The notes under the pieces are model-generated. The model did not search any database and was not told where the DNA came from. It saw nothing but the letters and a program-made list of their open reading frames with translations. A stretch of DNA of 64,000 nt from Girardia tigrina (lineage: Eukaryota), in the NCBI GenBank assembly GCA_001938485.1, contig MQRK01204024.1:16180-80179 (forward strand). Reading direction: 5' to 3'. The first letter of the stretch is position 1. Each line of letters opens with the position of its first letter. Shown in pieces: positions 38,831-52,806 of this stretch. The position numbers were made by a program, and so were the translations under genes.

Positions 38831-39941
38831 TTTATTATAACTTATTATTATAACTTTTAAATTTAAATTTTTTATTTTATTATTTTTAATTTAATTTTAT
38901 TATATCTTTTATATATGTATGCATTTAAAAACAGTAAAGCAAAATAATGAAATAAAAAATCAGTAAATTGACATTCAAATGAACGATAAAACAAAAATGT
39001 TTCTGGTATAATTGAAATTTCTTTGAATAGGAGAATATTTGAAATGTAATAATAACGAAATATAAAAGATAATAATATTCAAATTTAAAATGACTTAATA
39101 GTTTTTGAAATCAATTGTAAAATCGATCACAAATAATATTTGTCCTCGATCTTAAAGATTTAGCTTTAAAAAGATTTTCTTGGGAGTGAATTTACATTTC
39201 TATTTAAAATTTTAAAAATATAACTTTTAATATAGATAAAATTCTTTAAAACTTAAATTTTTCTTTTATATTCTGGTAAAAAAAACAGGTGATTTTCCAG
39301 TTTTGAATTACGATTTAATGCAAAATTCTTAGGTTATTGATTTAAACTCTAATAAACTATAGTAAAGAACTAACATCTTTTCTTCAATTAATTGATGTGA
39401 CAAAGAAGTATCAAATTTTCAAAAAATTGGGGAATTCGGCAAATCCTAACATTTATATTTGAAGGAGGCTACATTTTGGGCTTTGAACATTATTCAATAA
39501 AATAGAAAAGTTAAAGGCGGCAATATTTTACTGCATGTTGCCGAGAACAACTATTCAACAAGAGGTGTTAAAATGCTATTAAAAACAATTTAATTTATAT
39601 GTTTACTATAAACCAAATAGAATTTGCGATTAAAATATTTACTCGATAATAACAAGAAAAAAGAAGATAACTAAAGACTGTGAAGATTTAATAGACTTAG
39701 AAAATCTAGGAAGTTGCTGTAATAAATGCAGTTAGAGTGGTATTTTAAAAGGTTCAAAATTAAGAATGCTTCTTCCATTTTGATAATTACTTTCGGAGAA
39801 AAATTAGAGGTTGCAGTTTAGATTAAAGAAAGTTTCAGTCACAATATATGCATTTAATTATGGGTTAATTTGGCTGTCGGTGTTTTGGCCTGGTCCATTA
39901 AACTAGTTTTTAATTTTTAATTTTTTTATAAAAACATTGTA

Positions 39942-41061
39942 TTGGATTAGTGTCAAAACTACCGAAAGCGGTAATAAAACGATGTTTTCTGTTAATATTT
40001 AGTTTTTTTGTTGCTTATTTTTTGTTGTATTACTACATATCTTGGCTATTTAAAACATCAATAAAACTTAATTAAAAAAACTTAATTTAAAACTTGAAAA
40101 CATCAACATCAAGAACTATGCGAAACATCAATAGAGTATTCGGATACAATGCTAATACACAGTAGACAGTCTCAAATTAGTTCAAGAAATTCGTGAAAGA
40201 AATTTAAAATTTTTATAACGAGTCTCAGCATCACCCAAGAACGCAAATATATAATGATGAACTGAGCGTAACCGTATGATCATAACAAAATGCTTATAAA
40301 CAATATTGGATCACATGGCTCAAATTGGTAAAGTAAAAAGTGGATTCCACATGAGTTGAATGAAGAGTAGAAACACTAGCGTTTGTATACTTACTCGATG
40401 ATACTTTCTGGTTATAAATGTGATCATTTTTGGAACGGAATCGTCACTTATGATGAAAAGTGGATCCAATATTATAATTGCAAACGTTTGACAAGCTGGG
40501 TGAACACGAATGAAGCACCAACACAGTCCAAAGCATAAAATTTATCAAAAGAAGAAGATAGTGAGAGTTTAGTGGTCTGCCGTAGGTGTAATCCATTATA
40601 ATATGATGGAAAATGGTTCGTCGATCACAACAGATGCCTACTGCCACATATTTGAAGATATGATGCAGACAGTCAAAGAAAAACAAGCGCGTTTGGTTAA
40701 CAGGTCGACTCCCATCTTATATCACAACAATGCAAAACTACATACTGCACTTAAGACCGTCACAAAAGTACAGGAACTTGAGTTGGAACTCCTGCATCAT
40801 CATCCATACACACCAGACCTATACCCAACTTACTACTATTTCTTCCTCAATTTGAACATTTTGTTATATGAAAAAAAATCAATTCCAAAGATCCGTAAAA
40901 TTTGCTTTCCAGAATTTATAAATTAAACAAGCTGCAGCTCAAATGGCAAAAGTGTGTCGATAAAAGGGTACATACTTTAATGAATGACATAAATATTTGT
41001 ATTGGTAAATTATAAATAAAACTTGACTTAAGTTTTACAAATTTAAAACTTGACGACCCAA
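39942..41061 (+). mobile_element. mariner transposon, degenerate
   Basis: IVTYDEKWI, LYHNNAKLH and HHPYTPDLYPTYYYFF (DD34D-type YSPDL remnant); right TIR ...GACCCAA-TA; left end approximate. Confidence 0.88.
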
Positions 41062-44000
41062 TAATTTCATTTTATTTTAAGTAATTTTAATTCTAATTAT
41101 CTATAACTAATCCAAACTTATATAAAAAATTTTTCTTAATGTTAAAATTAAAAAAAAAATAATTATTAATATCGGAATTAATATTTTTTTCTCAATTCAT
41201 AAATATCATCTAAAATAAGAATGGATCGGTATTCCGGAAGAATAATCAATGAATTCTTTAAGGAATAATAACAACTTATTTGCTCTTTTTATTTAGTCAA
41301 TATAAACATAATTGGTAATTATAAGTAACTGTTAATTCTAATTATTAAAAAGATTATTCATCGAAAATATTTTAATATTCCAATTGAGTGTTTCTCCTGT
41401 TGTTTCCAAGTGGTCAATTATGGACAATTTGATATATAATTACAATTTAATTATTATATCAGCTGTTTTTATTAATAGGCTTTGCATAATTATTTAAAGA
41501 CAATTTTCTGTGTACAAAATTCTCAAAAAAAGTAGTCGTTTTTCAGGTCATTTCACAATGAAATATATTGCTTGACCAGTTTTCAGGTTGAAATTGGAAG
41601 AGTGAATTTATTCAATCATTTTTTTGAAATATAATAATTTTTAAAACACAAAAATGTCAGATAAAAATACAGTTGATTAAATGAATTCTTTTTTTACAAA
41701 ATTTTTCTTCTTCTTTTTCATCTTTTTCATCTTCTTTTACAAAATTTTCATATTTATTGTAACGATCTTGAAATAGCATCTTTTAGTGTACTTCTGCTAT
41801 TGACTTAATTCTGACTATTTATATTCTAAAATGCATTTGTTTAAATGTTTAATACATGATGGATTTTGAAACTTTTTAATAGCATCAATTTTTATTTGAT
41901 CTTTGTTTATGCTGTCTTTACTAACAATGTATCTTAATTAGTAAGTCTTTTCTTTATACATATTATAACCCTTCCAATGTTTCTTTATAATTCGCAAAAA
42001 AAAGGCATATCATCCTTAAATTCTACTGATGTTTGCCAATTCAAGTCTTCCAAAACATCCAAGACAAATTATTAAAAAGTTGGAGGAGCGGCTGAATATC
42101 CAAAACGGATTTTTTAAAAACAATATTAGTCATTCTTTTTTATTTGTGTTGTCTTAAATATGTTATTCTAGCTTTACTTGATAAAATTAATTTTCCAAAT
42201 CAATGGTCTTAGAATACTTTGTTTCGTTCAATGTGGTTTATATCAATATCTGTTCATTCACAATTTCATATTATTTATGAATATTAAAATCGCATATTTA
42301 AATCTGTATTTTGTGTTCTAACTGCTTTTTTTATAGGTGAGACTCAAACTAATAACCAAGATTTACATTGAATAACAAAAAAGTAAAAGAATTGTTGCTG
42401 TAGAATCATCTTTAATTAACACTAATATTGAAATAACAAAAACAAGAAATGCAACATGTAAGTAGCGTTTATGCCACTTTCATTATTATCAAATTCCGAA
42501 ATCATAATTTAACACCACAAACGTTATTAATATCAACAATTCACATATTTAAACAAATTTCTTAATAATTCCATTATTTCGCCCAAAATTAATTCATTAA
42601 ATTTTTCGATTAAATTTTGAAAATTTACGAAATTTAAACTTTAAATTATTTTACATTTTTTACGAACTTTTACGAAAATTTAAACCTTAAAATAATTTTA
42701 CATTTTTTACGAAAATTTTGCGAAATATAAACTTTAAATTAATTCAAACATTTTACGAAACTTTATCATAAAAACTAATTAATTTAAATTTAAAAAACTA
42801 TTTAAATTTACAATAAACCCTTTTATTAAAAAAAAATTATTTCTTAAAATATTAATCCGTTAATTATTTATTTTAAAATTTATTTAAACTTATTTCATGA
42901 ATTTTATTAAAATATATCAATTGTTATTACTATAAGCATATTTTAAATAAGTATTTATTTTATCATATTTTTACTCTACATTTTATTTTTTTAATTTATT
43001 TCTTTTAAATTTTCAAATTAAAAAATAATAAACTATTTTGGTGAAACTTTAATTTGAACTAACCCCTTATACAACAAATGATAATTGAAGCTTTAAATCA
43101 AGTTATATCATTGTCAAGAAACAGGACTCTCACCGAAGAGTACTTAAAAGAAGATATCAAAAATATCCATTCATATTATGATATTGTATGTGATTTTAAT
43201 CTTATCCTTGAGGTATGTTATTTTTATCAGTTTCATATACACTAACATTGGCTGAATCATTATTATTACATACACTTTTCCATTATAAATTAAATTATTA
43301 ATATTAAGNNNNNNNNNNNNNNNNNNNNNNNNNNNNNNNNNNNNNNNNNNNNNNNNNNNNNNNNNNNNNNNNNNNNNNNNNNNNNNNNNNNNNNNNNNNN
43401 NNNNNNNNNNNNNNNNNNNNNNNNNNNNNNNNNNNNNNNNNNNNNNNNNNNNNNNNNNNNNNNNNNNNNNNNNNNNNNNNNNNNTTATAATATTATAATA
43501 ATGTAAATTCTATTTGAATGATCCATTATAGAAAATACAATAAAATACTAATTTACCAGGTGAGTAGGAGAATCACAATTCTAATTTCAACACACTTAAA
43601 TCAACACATCACATTCATATACAATTTAAAATATTACTCATAATTAATTTTAACAAATGTATTTAAATTTATAAAATCAGAATTTTTCTTCGTAAAATAT
43701 AAAATACTACATTTATTTATAAACAAATTATCTATATTTAGATTGGAAAAAAAGATTATGTCTCTAAAATGAATGGTTTAAATCCATTTTGCTGATAGGG
43801 CTCAAACTTTTCAATATACATCATCGATTTAATCATCTTATATTGTTTTTTTTTGTTTTAGCTACAACTCTTAATATGAAAACTTTGACATTATTGTCTA
43901 TTCAGTCGCAACTGATAACGAAAATGCAGGATATGCTTTTCTATGCACGTGTTATTTCTAAATTTGTCGAAGTCACATAAGTATTTAACATTATTAAATC

Positions 44001-44755
44001 CAAAATCACCATTATTGCCCTGTTGTTTTTCAAGGCACTGGTAACTGAAAGATTGTGACTTTTGTCGGACAAATATAATATATTCGAATAATATCTTCTG
44101 AAAGGCATTCTTTTGTGCATTTTTAAATCTTTTGGCAAATCATATTCTTCATATAGATGATCATGAAGTAGGTACTTAATTAATTTTATTCCATTTTAGG
44201 ATAATATTTCGACTATCGTTATATAAATATTATGGAAATATAAAATTGCTGGATCGGTTTCTTTCTCGAAGTTATACAAATTCACAAAGTCATGAATCTG
44301 TTACAATAGTTCTTGAAAAGTCGCTTTTAAATGTTCATCGTATTTTTTCTTCGGATCCACTGGTTCAAAGACTGATATTAACTCCTTGGTCAACATTTCG
44401 AAATTGTGCTAGTGTAATATTTTACTTATCAATAAATTATAATTAATTTAATAAAGAGTGATTAATTCCAATTTTGTAATATTAAATTCAGTATTAAATT
44501 CAATTAAAATATCATTATATTTGACCCTTAACTTCAATCATTTTGTCAAAAAAAAATTTCATTTAAGTTCTTGAAGGAAATGAGAGTTTAGAGTCGGTGG
44601 AAGATTTTAGGTATTAATGTTCATTTCTATACAAAATGTGAAAGTCAATAATTTTTACTTGTGAATCATTGTGATGAAAAAAAATCTGATATTCTTAAAT
44701 TTTTCAAAAATAGTGTGCCGATTATAACTTATTATTGGTATATTACCATTTTGAA

Positions 44756-44945
44756 CAGATGATATCAAATTATTTTTCAGAATCACTGAGCATTGTTTTA
44801 CACCTTCCAGTACAACATTAATGATATAATTAATGATATAATGATATAATATTGATATATCATTGTGATCAGATGATATCAAATTATTTTTCAGAATCAC
44901 TGAGTATTGTTTTACACCTTCCAGTACAACATTAATGATATAATT
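44756..44945. repeat. Local direct duplication of about 76 bp
   Basis: CAGATGATATCAAATT...CATTAATGATATAATT at about 44757-44832 and 44870-44945, one mismatch. Confidence 0.9.
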
Positions 44946-44993
44946 GGTTTAGCTGTTATTATACAGTTTCGAAGTCTACATTCAAATATGAAC

Positions 44994-45086
44994 AAAAGTA
45001 CCGGAGTTTTCCGTTTACAGGCCCCCCAAATATTTATATATATGTATATATTATGGGGGCTGTAATAAGGAAAACTCCGTACTTTT
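44994..45086. repeat. Small palindromic MITE-like element
   Basis: AAAAGTACCGGAGTTTTCC...GCCCCC / GGGGGC...GGAAAACTCCGTACTTTT around a TA-rich core. Confidence 0.65.
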
Positions 45087-46813
45087 AGAAAAAAATATTA
45101 AATTTGGGTATTTTTTGTAACATCCTCATTGATATTTTGTAGAACATTCTTCATTACTGTATACTTTTCTTGTGTGCACTTTTCAAAAAAAATCAAGAAA
45201 ACAACATTTTCATCTGAAGTTATTATTCGTTCTATAATATCTATAATACCTTTACATTTGCTTCTGCTCTTAAACCCTTTTTAATGGTATATAAAAACTT
45301 GTTATGATCATTGTATATATTAGCGGTTCCGAAGAATGGGTAATTTGAGTTTTGAATTGCTGAAATTTTTAGATGAGTCTATATACAACTTATAAACACT
45401 ACTATAAGAAGGTAATTCCAATTTCACCCGAGACAAATAGTGTATACAAACAGAAAAATGTTGGAAACAATTGATTTATATCATTTAAGATATAGCTTAA
45501 GAAGCTTTAATAAGATTATTTTGAAGGAAAATAAGTTCAAGCTGAAATCTCAACAACTTTGCAAAAGATATTAAAATAGAGCCTAATTATAAATTTATGA
45601 CAGATGTAAAGAAGGAATAAATACATTTTAAATCTTTATTATAGCAAATAATTAATTTACATAAATTATATTTATTAAGAACACCAATATGACTTTAAAC
45701 ATTTTTATTATTACAATAAGTTTGATTGTCCTCATCTATTAATTAATCAGTTTAATCTTATTATCTGAGCAAATGGAGAATTAAATAAATTGTCAATATT
45801 TACTTAAAATTTTATTGGCTAAAAATTAAAATGATTATTAATTATTTAAAAAATATTAATTTAATTTATTTATTTAAAAATTGTAAATAAAATTAATAAA
45901 CTTATTTAAAATTTTACAATTATTTTAAATTAGAAATAAAATTAAACATTACATATTTTCAGATGATAAGAATTAAAATACTAATCAGCCATCTGAGTAG
46001 GAGAGACACAATTCCAAATCAACGTACAATATTGAAACACAAAATATCAAACATTCAAAATATTCCTCACAATATTTATTGACTTTATAAACTAAATAAA
46101 ATTTATTGAAAATTAAAAAAAGAAAAAAATAGTGTTTTGATGACAATTATAAGTTAAGAATATGAATTTAAAAATTTGAAATAACTTTTAAACTTTCTTT
46201 TAATTGACGANNNNNNNNNNNNNNNNNNNNNNNNNNNNNNNNNNNNNNNNNNNNNNNNNNNNNNNNNNNNNNNNNNNNNNNNNNNNNNNNNNNNNNNNNN
46301 NNNNNNNNNNNNNNNNNNNNNNNNNNNNNNNNNNNNNNNNNNNATGATTATTGAACTATTACGATTGAAATATTGAACAGGGACATTTATTTATAATGAT
46401 ATTTACAAATTACTTTTATTTCATTCTGACAAATAAAAATTAAAATATTTTCAGATATGTTGTTTATGAGGTACAATAAAATCATAAAAATATCTGTTGT
46501 TTGTACATTTTTATCTGTATTAAAAGAGACAAACTTATCAAATCACAGTTCTAAAATATCTTTAATCTTTAAAAGATTTGTCTATTGTGATAAGAATTAA
46601 ATTTATAATGAATTTTAAATCGCTCATTAAAATTGCTCCAGTTATATATTGAACTAAATCCAATCTCAGAATATAATCAAAATGATATTTCATTGGAAAA
46701 TGTTTAAAGAATTATTTTATTATTATAACTACAGTTTCATTCTATATTGTTTTTTATATCTATATATTATAATTTCCATAAAATATTATTAGAAAAAAAC
46801 CCGTTATAAATTG

Positions 46814-46842
46814 TAATAATGATATTAATAATAATAATAATA

Positions 46843-46885
<43 letters not shown>

Positions 46886-46960
46886 TTATTATTCCTATCT
46901 TCTTGTTGCCCTGAAACCGGATGACGGTTAGTTTAGGCATTTCGTGCTGGGCCCATTTAA
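46814..46960 (-). repeat. (AAT)n/(ATT)n microsatellite preceded on the minus strand by a 65-nt GC-richer segment; possible LINE 3' end
   Basis: The minus strand reads ...GGGCAACAAGAAGATAGG followed directly by (AAT)n. Confidence 0.45.
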
Positions 46961-46984
46961 AATTAATGTTTAGATGAATTATCA

Positions 46985-47575
46985 TTGATCTTGAAGTTTC
47001 ATTTATGAATTAATCAAATTGAATTCAAATAATACAAAATTGTCGTAAATAAATTGTTCGATTCAAATAAAAAAATCACTGCTGATTCAAAAAAAATCGT
47101 TTAATTGTAAATGACCAATTGTCGTTTCCACAAAATTCGTCAAAAAAATTTGTTTCGACAAATTTTTAAATTGTTTAATTGTAGACGTAAAATAAATTTT
47201 AAAATAACAATCTCACAAAATTTCGTACAAAATATCAATCATCAAATGGTTCACAAAAATTCTCAGCAATTTCAAAACAAAAAATTCAGTTCGTAAAAAA
47301 ATGTAATTAAGCTCAATAAATTCAAACTTTCAACAACGGCTAATTCGGAAATGTTAATCGTAAATAAACAATGAAAAAGTGATTTTTGTAAAATCACTTG
47401 CAATTTTAACTCGCACTGATTGGTTGATCAATCACAGCGAGCCATTTCAATAACTCAATAAATTTCGAATACTCGCCACACATATACTGATTACACTGTA
47501 TACTCAATTGGTGATAATAATAAATCGATCGACTAATTATAATAACCCGAGCAAAGACACCTTTAAAAACTGAGT
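46985..47575 (+). repeat. Dispersed repeat, second copy of the 38290-38830 family
   Basis: Same motif order as 38290-38830. Confidence 0.5.
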
Positions 47576-47642
47576 AAATTTTGAAATTGTTTAATTATTT
47601 TTTTAATTTAAATTCTTTTCATGATTTTTATTTACTTTTACC

Positions 47643-47645
<3 letters not shown>

Positions 47646-47694
<49 letters not shown>

Positions 47695-47744
47695 NNNNNN
47701 NNNNNNNNNNNNNNNNNNNNNNNNNNNNNNNNNNNNNNNNNNNN

Positions 47745-47788
<44 letters not shown>
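47646..47788. repeat. (TA)n microsatellite with internal N-gap; other (TA)n runs at about 11483, 15734, 36750, 38258, 48339, 52533
   Basis: Directly visible. Confidence 0.95.
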
Positions 47789-47790
<2 letters not shown>

Positions 47791-47792
<2 letters not shown>

Positions 47793-48335
47793 CTAGAACT
47801 GATAATGGCATTTTTAATAATAATGCAAACAAAGGCCATTTTGAATATTAAATTTAATCACAATACATATGCGTTTCATCATTTCGGCATCTTCAGTGCA
47901 ATGAAATAAAGTGATTACTTACTATTTATATAGTTGAAAAACTATTACGTCATATGTCTCAAAAACATGCTTTTTTTAAAAGAAAAGTATTTTAATGATA
48001 TTTAAAAAACTTTAATATGATTAGATGAATCACCTTGCACGTTTAAGTATGGTTTATGATGCTTTATTAACAATGCTTCGGCAATAATCCTTTCATAATT
48101 TGTGTCAAAATTATTTAAAATCAGTTTAAAATCTTTGTTGTAATCCATAAGATTACCTTTACATCTTTTAATATGGTTCAATATCGAACTATTTCTACTC
48201 GATTGAGTATGTTCAGCAATTCTAGTACGAGATGATGACTTGTCTCTCCAATGTACAAGGCTTCGCTTGATGCCGAAATGGTGAAACGCGTATTTATTGT
48301 GAATAAATTTAATATTCAAAAATGGCCTTTGTTTG

Positions 48336-48340
<5 letters not shown>
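47791..48340 (-). mobile_element. 5'-truncated Penelope-like element with inverted partial pLTR, inserted in (TA)n
   Basis: GIY-YIG C-terminus RTRIAEH...SSILNHIKRC...ERIIAEALLIKHHKPYLNVQ; inverted arms 47821-47891 and 48269-48340; hammerhead core CTGAAGA...GAAA; TA runs on both sides. Confidence 0.88.
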
Positions 48341-48380
<40 letters not shown>

Positions 48381-48384
<4 letters not shown>

Positions 48385-48890
48385 ACTGTAAAATCTAAAT
48401 AAAAAGGATAAAAATAAGACGACACGTTTCGAGAGAATAATAATCTCATCATCAGGTCACAAAATGTACTAAGATATTACACTATATGGAAAGAACGAAG
48501 AAATTCAAAACGAAATTTATTTTTTGGTGTGTGATTGTTTTGCATTGGCCAAATGTGTACTTGCATACTGAGTGTCACCAGTCTCAAAACTGGTACAGTT
48601 GAGAGAACACATTGTTCTCTCAGATTTCCATTTGGTCAGACATTTCAGTCAAATTGCATGCATGAGATTTGAGATTGTTTTGTGTTTGATGGGAAGGTTA
48701 AAATTGAGTTCATTGCAATGAGTATGAGAAGTTCAAAGATTAGCTTTTGGTGTGCTGTTAGTTGTCATCTTTATCATATGTCTCCAGTACCTCTTAAAGT
48801 ACGGAACGATAGAGAAAACATATCGTTTTCTCAAATGGCAATTGATAGCTGCCAATGGTTGCTTTGCGAGAATGGAATTGATAGCATTTA
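48381..48890 (-). mobile_element. Second Penelope-like 3' fragment (family of 18345-18900)
   Basis: Carries a hammerhead motif at 48417-48460 and shares sequence with 18455-18525. Confidence 0.65.
48417..48460 (-). ncRNA. Minimal type I hammerhead ribozyme (Penelope-type)
   Basis: GAC-CTGATGA-T-GAGA(loop)TCTC-GAAA-CGTG-TC^-GTC; intact catalytic core, GUC cleavage triplet, 3-bp helix I. Confidence 0.8.
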
Positions 48891-49180
48891 GTGTATTTTG
48901 CTTAATTATAAGGAAAAGTAAAATAAAATTATTTTAATCCAATAATTTATTGCAAAATTTTTATTTATTTTTGGCAAGTTTCCATATAGTGTACTATCTT
49001 AGTACAGGTGAGGCGACTTTACCGCGGAAAATTTACAACAAAATTGTCAATAAGTGAACAATGTCATCTAAAATATGAATAAAATTTTTTAATTATGTAA
49101 TGATAAAACAATGAATCATACAAAGGTTTTAATTTTAAAACATAAACGGATAAAAAATTTCAGATCGACATGACATTTAA

Positions 49181-49416
49181 TTATTCTTTTTATTATAAAA
49201 AATAAACAAACAACATACGAAAAATATATACTTTAATTTACTATTACATTAATTTAATATATCAGTTTAATGTTTTTGTATCTTTCTTCTATTTACACAT
49301 TACATTTTTTTCGTGTTGTTATTCATTTGTTCTAGAATGTTATTTGAATTTTTTAAATTTGGAATTTATTAATTTTTGTATGTTGTTTGTTTATTTTTTA
49401 TAATAAAAAGAATAAT
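49181..49416. repeat. MITE-like inverted repeat with about 45-bp arms
   Basis: TTATTCTTTTTATTATAAAAAATAAACAAACAACATAC at 49181 and its reverse complement ending near 49416. Confidence 0.7.
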
Positions 49417-49729
49417 CCACGTAAAAATATCAGATAAATCACGCCTCTTCGTTTATCCCCATCAGTGTTCATTTTACTTCAAATGATTAATTACAAGGAT
49501 TTGCATGTCTATACAAGCATCATTACAAAATTATAAAAGCTCCATTGCTAAATTATACACACAAATTTTTTAATATAAATTTCATTGTAAAATTATGCAC
49601 ATATAGTTTTTTAATAAAGGAAAATCTCATTATCGTACAACAATAAATTATTAAAGTAAGTTTTTAGTTCTTTACATTACAAGTAATAGTAATAATAAAA
49701 ATATTTATTTATCTTTCTATAAGAACTAA

Positions 49730-50600
49730 CATGAAGCAAAGGAAGAATGCCGTCATAGAATTATATAATATGATAATTAGACTATCGAATGATCCTAAGA
49801 ACACTATTCCTAAAAAAAGTAGAGTCAATTAGTCTCGAAAAACAAGTTGTTGGCAGAATCCTTCATAACTACCAAGAAGGTATAACTTTTGAATCGGCAA
49901 GTGAAAAATCTACAATAAGTATTCAAAATAGAAATAGAATTCTTTCTGATACAAAGTAAAGATTGATGAATATTTTCACACGGATTAACTCTTTAATACT
50001 AAGCGAGTTTGAAGAGATTAAAGAAGAGCAATCAGGATCAGAAATCTCAAAATAAACTGTCATAGGTTGACACTAATTCTTGAAGAGCGCAAAACAGCTT
50101 AAAATATTGAAGCTCAAACCAGATATGCTCATGATGTAGGCCGATTTTCAAAATAAACTTAAATATTTTTTTATGAAACCGATTCAGGATGAATAAAGAG
50201 TTTTTATGGATATTCCTTAGAAAATTAGAAGGCTCATACAACTGTTCCAGCAAATATGGGCACAAATAGGAATCTTTTATGAGCCATATGTGTTAATGAT
50301 GTAATAGGATATGAATACAGAATTGGAGCTTATAACTCTAAACAATTTTTAGAATTTGTTGAAACCAAATTATTGCCTTAATTTTAGATGAATCATAATT
50401 AATTTTTAATAATGGAAAATGCAAAAATCCATAAGACAAAGGCGGTTCTGGAGTTCTTCTCTCTTCATACGATAGCAATTTGTTTTACCCAACCATATTC
50501 AACTCAGTCGATTCCATTAGAAGAGTTTTTCTCTATGATAAAGGCTAGGTAAAATCATCTCAAAAATCAGAATCTTGAGTCAAAAATTGAAGATAAGGCT
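49730..50600 (+). mobile_element. Tc1/IS630-like transposase remnant
   Basis: FLEFVETKLLP...LIMENAKIHK...QPYSTQSIPLEEFFSMIKAR, a decayed DN..H / PYSP..NPIE motif; many stops. Confidence 0.75.
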
Positions 50601-51273
50601 AGCGATTTTTCATTCACTACAGCGATTTGTTATTCACTAAGATTCTGTCTTTAAGATAAGTAGAAACGCAAAATTATAAGAAAAGATAAAAATATATAAT
50701 AATTTTTAATTTAAATTCGGAAACAATAACAATAAATATTGAAAATGTTAATTTAAGACATTAAATCAGTGGTTTCCAAATCTATTTTCCGCGTTTCTCT
50801 TTTCAAAAATTAAATGTTATAAATTTTATCTTGTATTTTCTATGATAGATCTCACTCGAGTCGTTTAGAAAGAGATAGTGTGTCTTTCCGAGTCATTTTC
50901 TTAAAAGTCAGTTATTAAATTTTGTTTCATTGGTCCTCTTCATATTTTTGAGAGCCAAAAAGTCAGATTAACTCCTCAGGAAATTATCATTTCTATAATA
51001 TGAATTAGTAAACACGTGTATGGGAGAAATTTTATAATATAAATTAAGAATTTTCCCTGGTAAAGATTCTAAAATTATGGTAAACCTTTTTTCGATGAAA
51101 GAATAAATGTTTAACTTTAAAAATTTTTAACTAATTTTTATAGCAAATAAATTTTAAATAAAATTGTGAAAAAAATGTTTCAAACAATTTGTTGAAAATA
51201 CAAAAATATATAAATAAAGCATGAAAGAAAGGAAAAAAGTTTGTGATAGTTCACGAAATATAATGATTATTAT

Positions 51274-52531
51274 TAATAAAACAAAAATAAATAGGATTTA
51301 TGCAAAATTGATTAAATTAACATATATAAATATATATATATCGATATTATTATTTATATTTAGAATTTCAAAATCTGGTTTATGTAACTGAAATATTGTT
51401 CCTCATAAATTTGTTTGAATAATGAAAGTTGTATTAGAAATAAAGTTTGCAAATTATAACTTTGAATTTTATCACGAACCCAATAATAATGAAAATTATT
51501 TGTTTAAATTACTTGTGCGATGATTTTGTCTTTAACTTCGTGCTTTGTATAAATTATATTACTATAATATTCATAATTTTGTGATTGAGGTTACCCTATT
51601 GAAAAACTATTAAATATTTTTATGTAGAAATATTGCTTAATACAACACAATAAAACGCAAAACTCCTTGTTAAAGTAAGCAAATAAAAGTCAATACAGAT
51701 TTAGCAATAAAGAAAATACCAGCAAATTAATTGTAAATAAATTTTGAATACATTTCAAAATAAAATAAACAAATATTATGGTTTAATCTTAATTAAAATA
51801 ATATATAATTATATATTAAAATATCTATCGATTAAATGGTAATATTTTATACAAGTAATATTATTATTTAACCAAATATTCATTTTAATCAATCGTATTC
51901 ATTTTATTTCATAAGCTTAATTAATTTAATTAAATTGACTTAAATATATATATATATATATATTATTTTACAATCTACTTCATTTATTTTCAATTTGGTT
52001 AAATTGCTTCAGTATTTTCTGGGATTATAAGGTTTGAATTATATTTTACTTTCACAACTTTAAATATCAAAATGTAAAATATGCATAAAAATTTAATTTC
52101 CTCGTAATATTTTGTTTGTTTATTAAAGTTAGATATAAATAAATAAGCCATACAAATGAATAAAAAATATTTAATACATTAATTCATATATTATTATAAA
52201 ACATTGTGCGACTGACTTTAAAAAATTGTGAAAATATTAAAATTATAAAAAATTTACGTTCTTTTCAAGAGGATAACCTCAATCCAAAAATTATAAATAT
52301 TAAAGTAATATAATTTATACATACCACGAAGTTAAAGACAAAATCATCGCACAAGTAATTTAAACAAATAATATTTCATTATTATTGGGTTCGTGATTAA
52401 AATTCAAAGTCATAATTTGCAAACTTTATTTCTAATACAACTTTCATTACTAAAAACAAATTTATGAGGAACAATGTTTCAGTTACATAAACCATATTTT
52501 GAAATTCTAAATATAAATAATAATATCGATG

Positions 52532-52580
<49 letters not shown>

Positions 52581-52627
52581 CATTTATTCAATTTTGCATA
52601 AAACCTATTTTGTTTTTGTTTTATTAA
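51274..52627. repeat. Large foldback element: about 330-bp inverted arms around a 650-bp AT-rich spacer
   Basis: 51274-51605 is the diverged reverse complement of 52262-52627; each arm contains a (TA)n of different length. Confidence 0.88.
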
Positions 52628-52806
52628 TTTTTACAATGTTTATTAATTTGGAATATAAATTTAGATCTTTAAAATTATTTTAATGGGCATGTCCTTATAA
52701 AAATTAAATTCCTAAATAATTTATCTTTAATTTTAAAAATTCAATTATAAATTATTTTATAATGAGAATTTCCGTTGACAATTAAATTCAATAAACATTA
52801 TGATTT

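Noticed and set aside
42615-42765. Repeated TTTTACGAAA units resembling a spaced array
   Set aside because: Degenerate low-complexity tandem repeat without unique spacers; eukaryotic context with no cas genes.
41890-45600. Scattered short ORFs possibly from a Polinton or hAT relic
   Set aside because: No recognisable motif could be read, so no call is supported.
46767-47851. Poly-Ile and (YI)n ORFs
   Set aside because: Translations of (AAT)n and (TA)n microsatellites.
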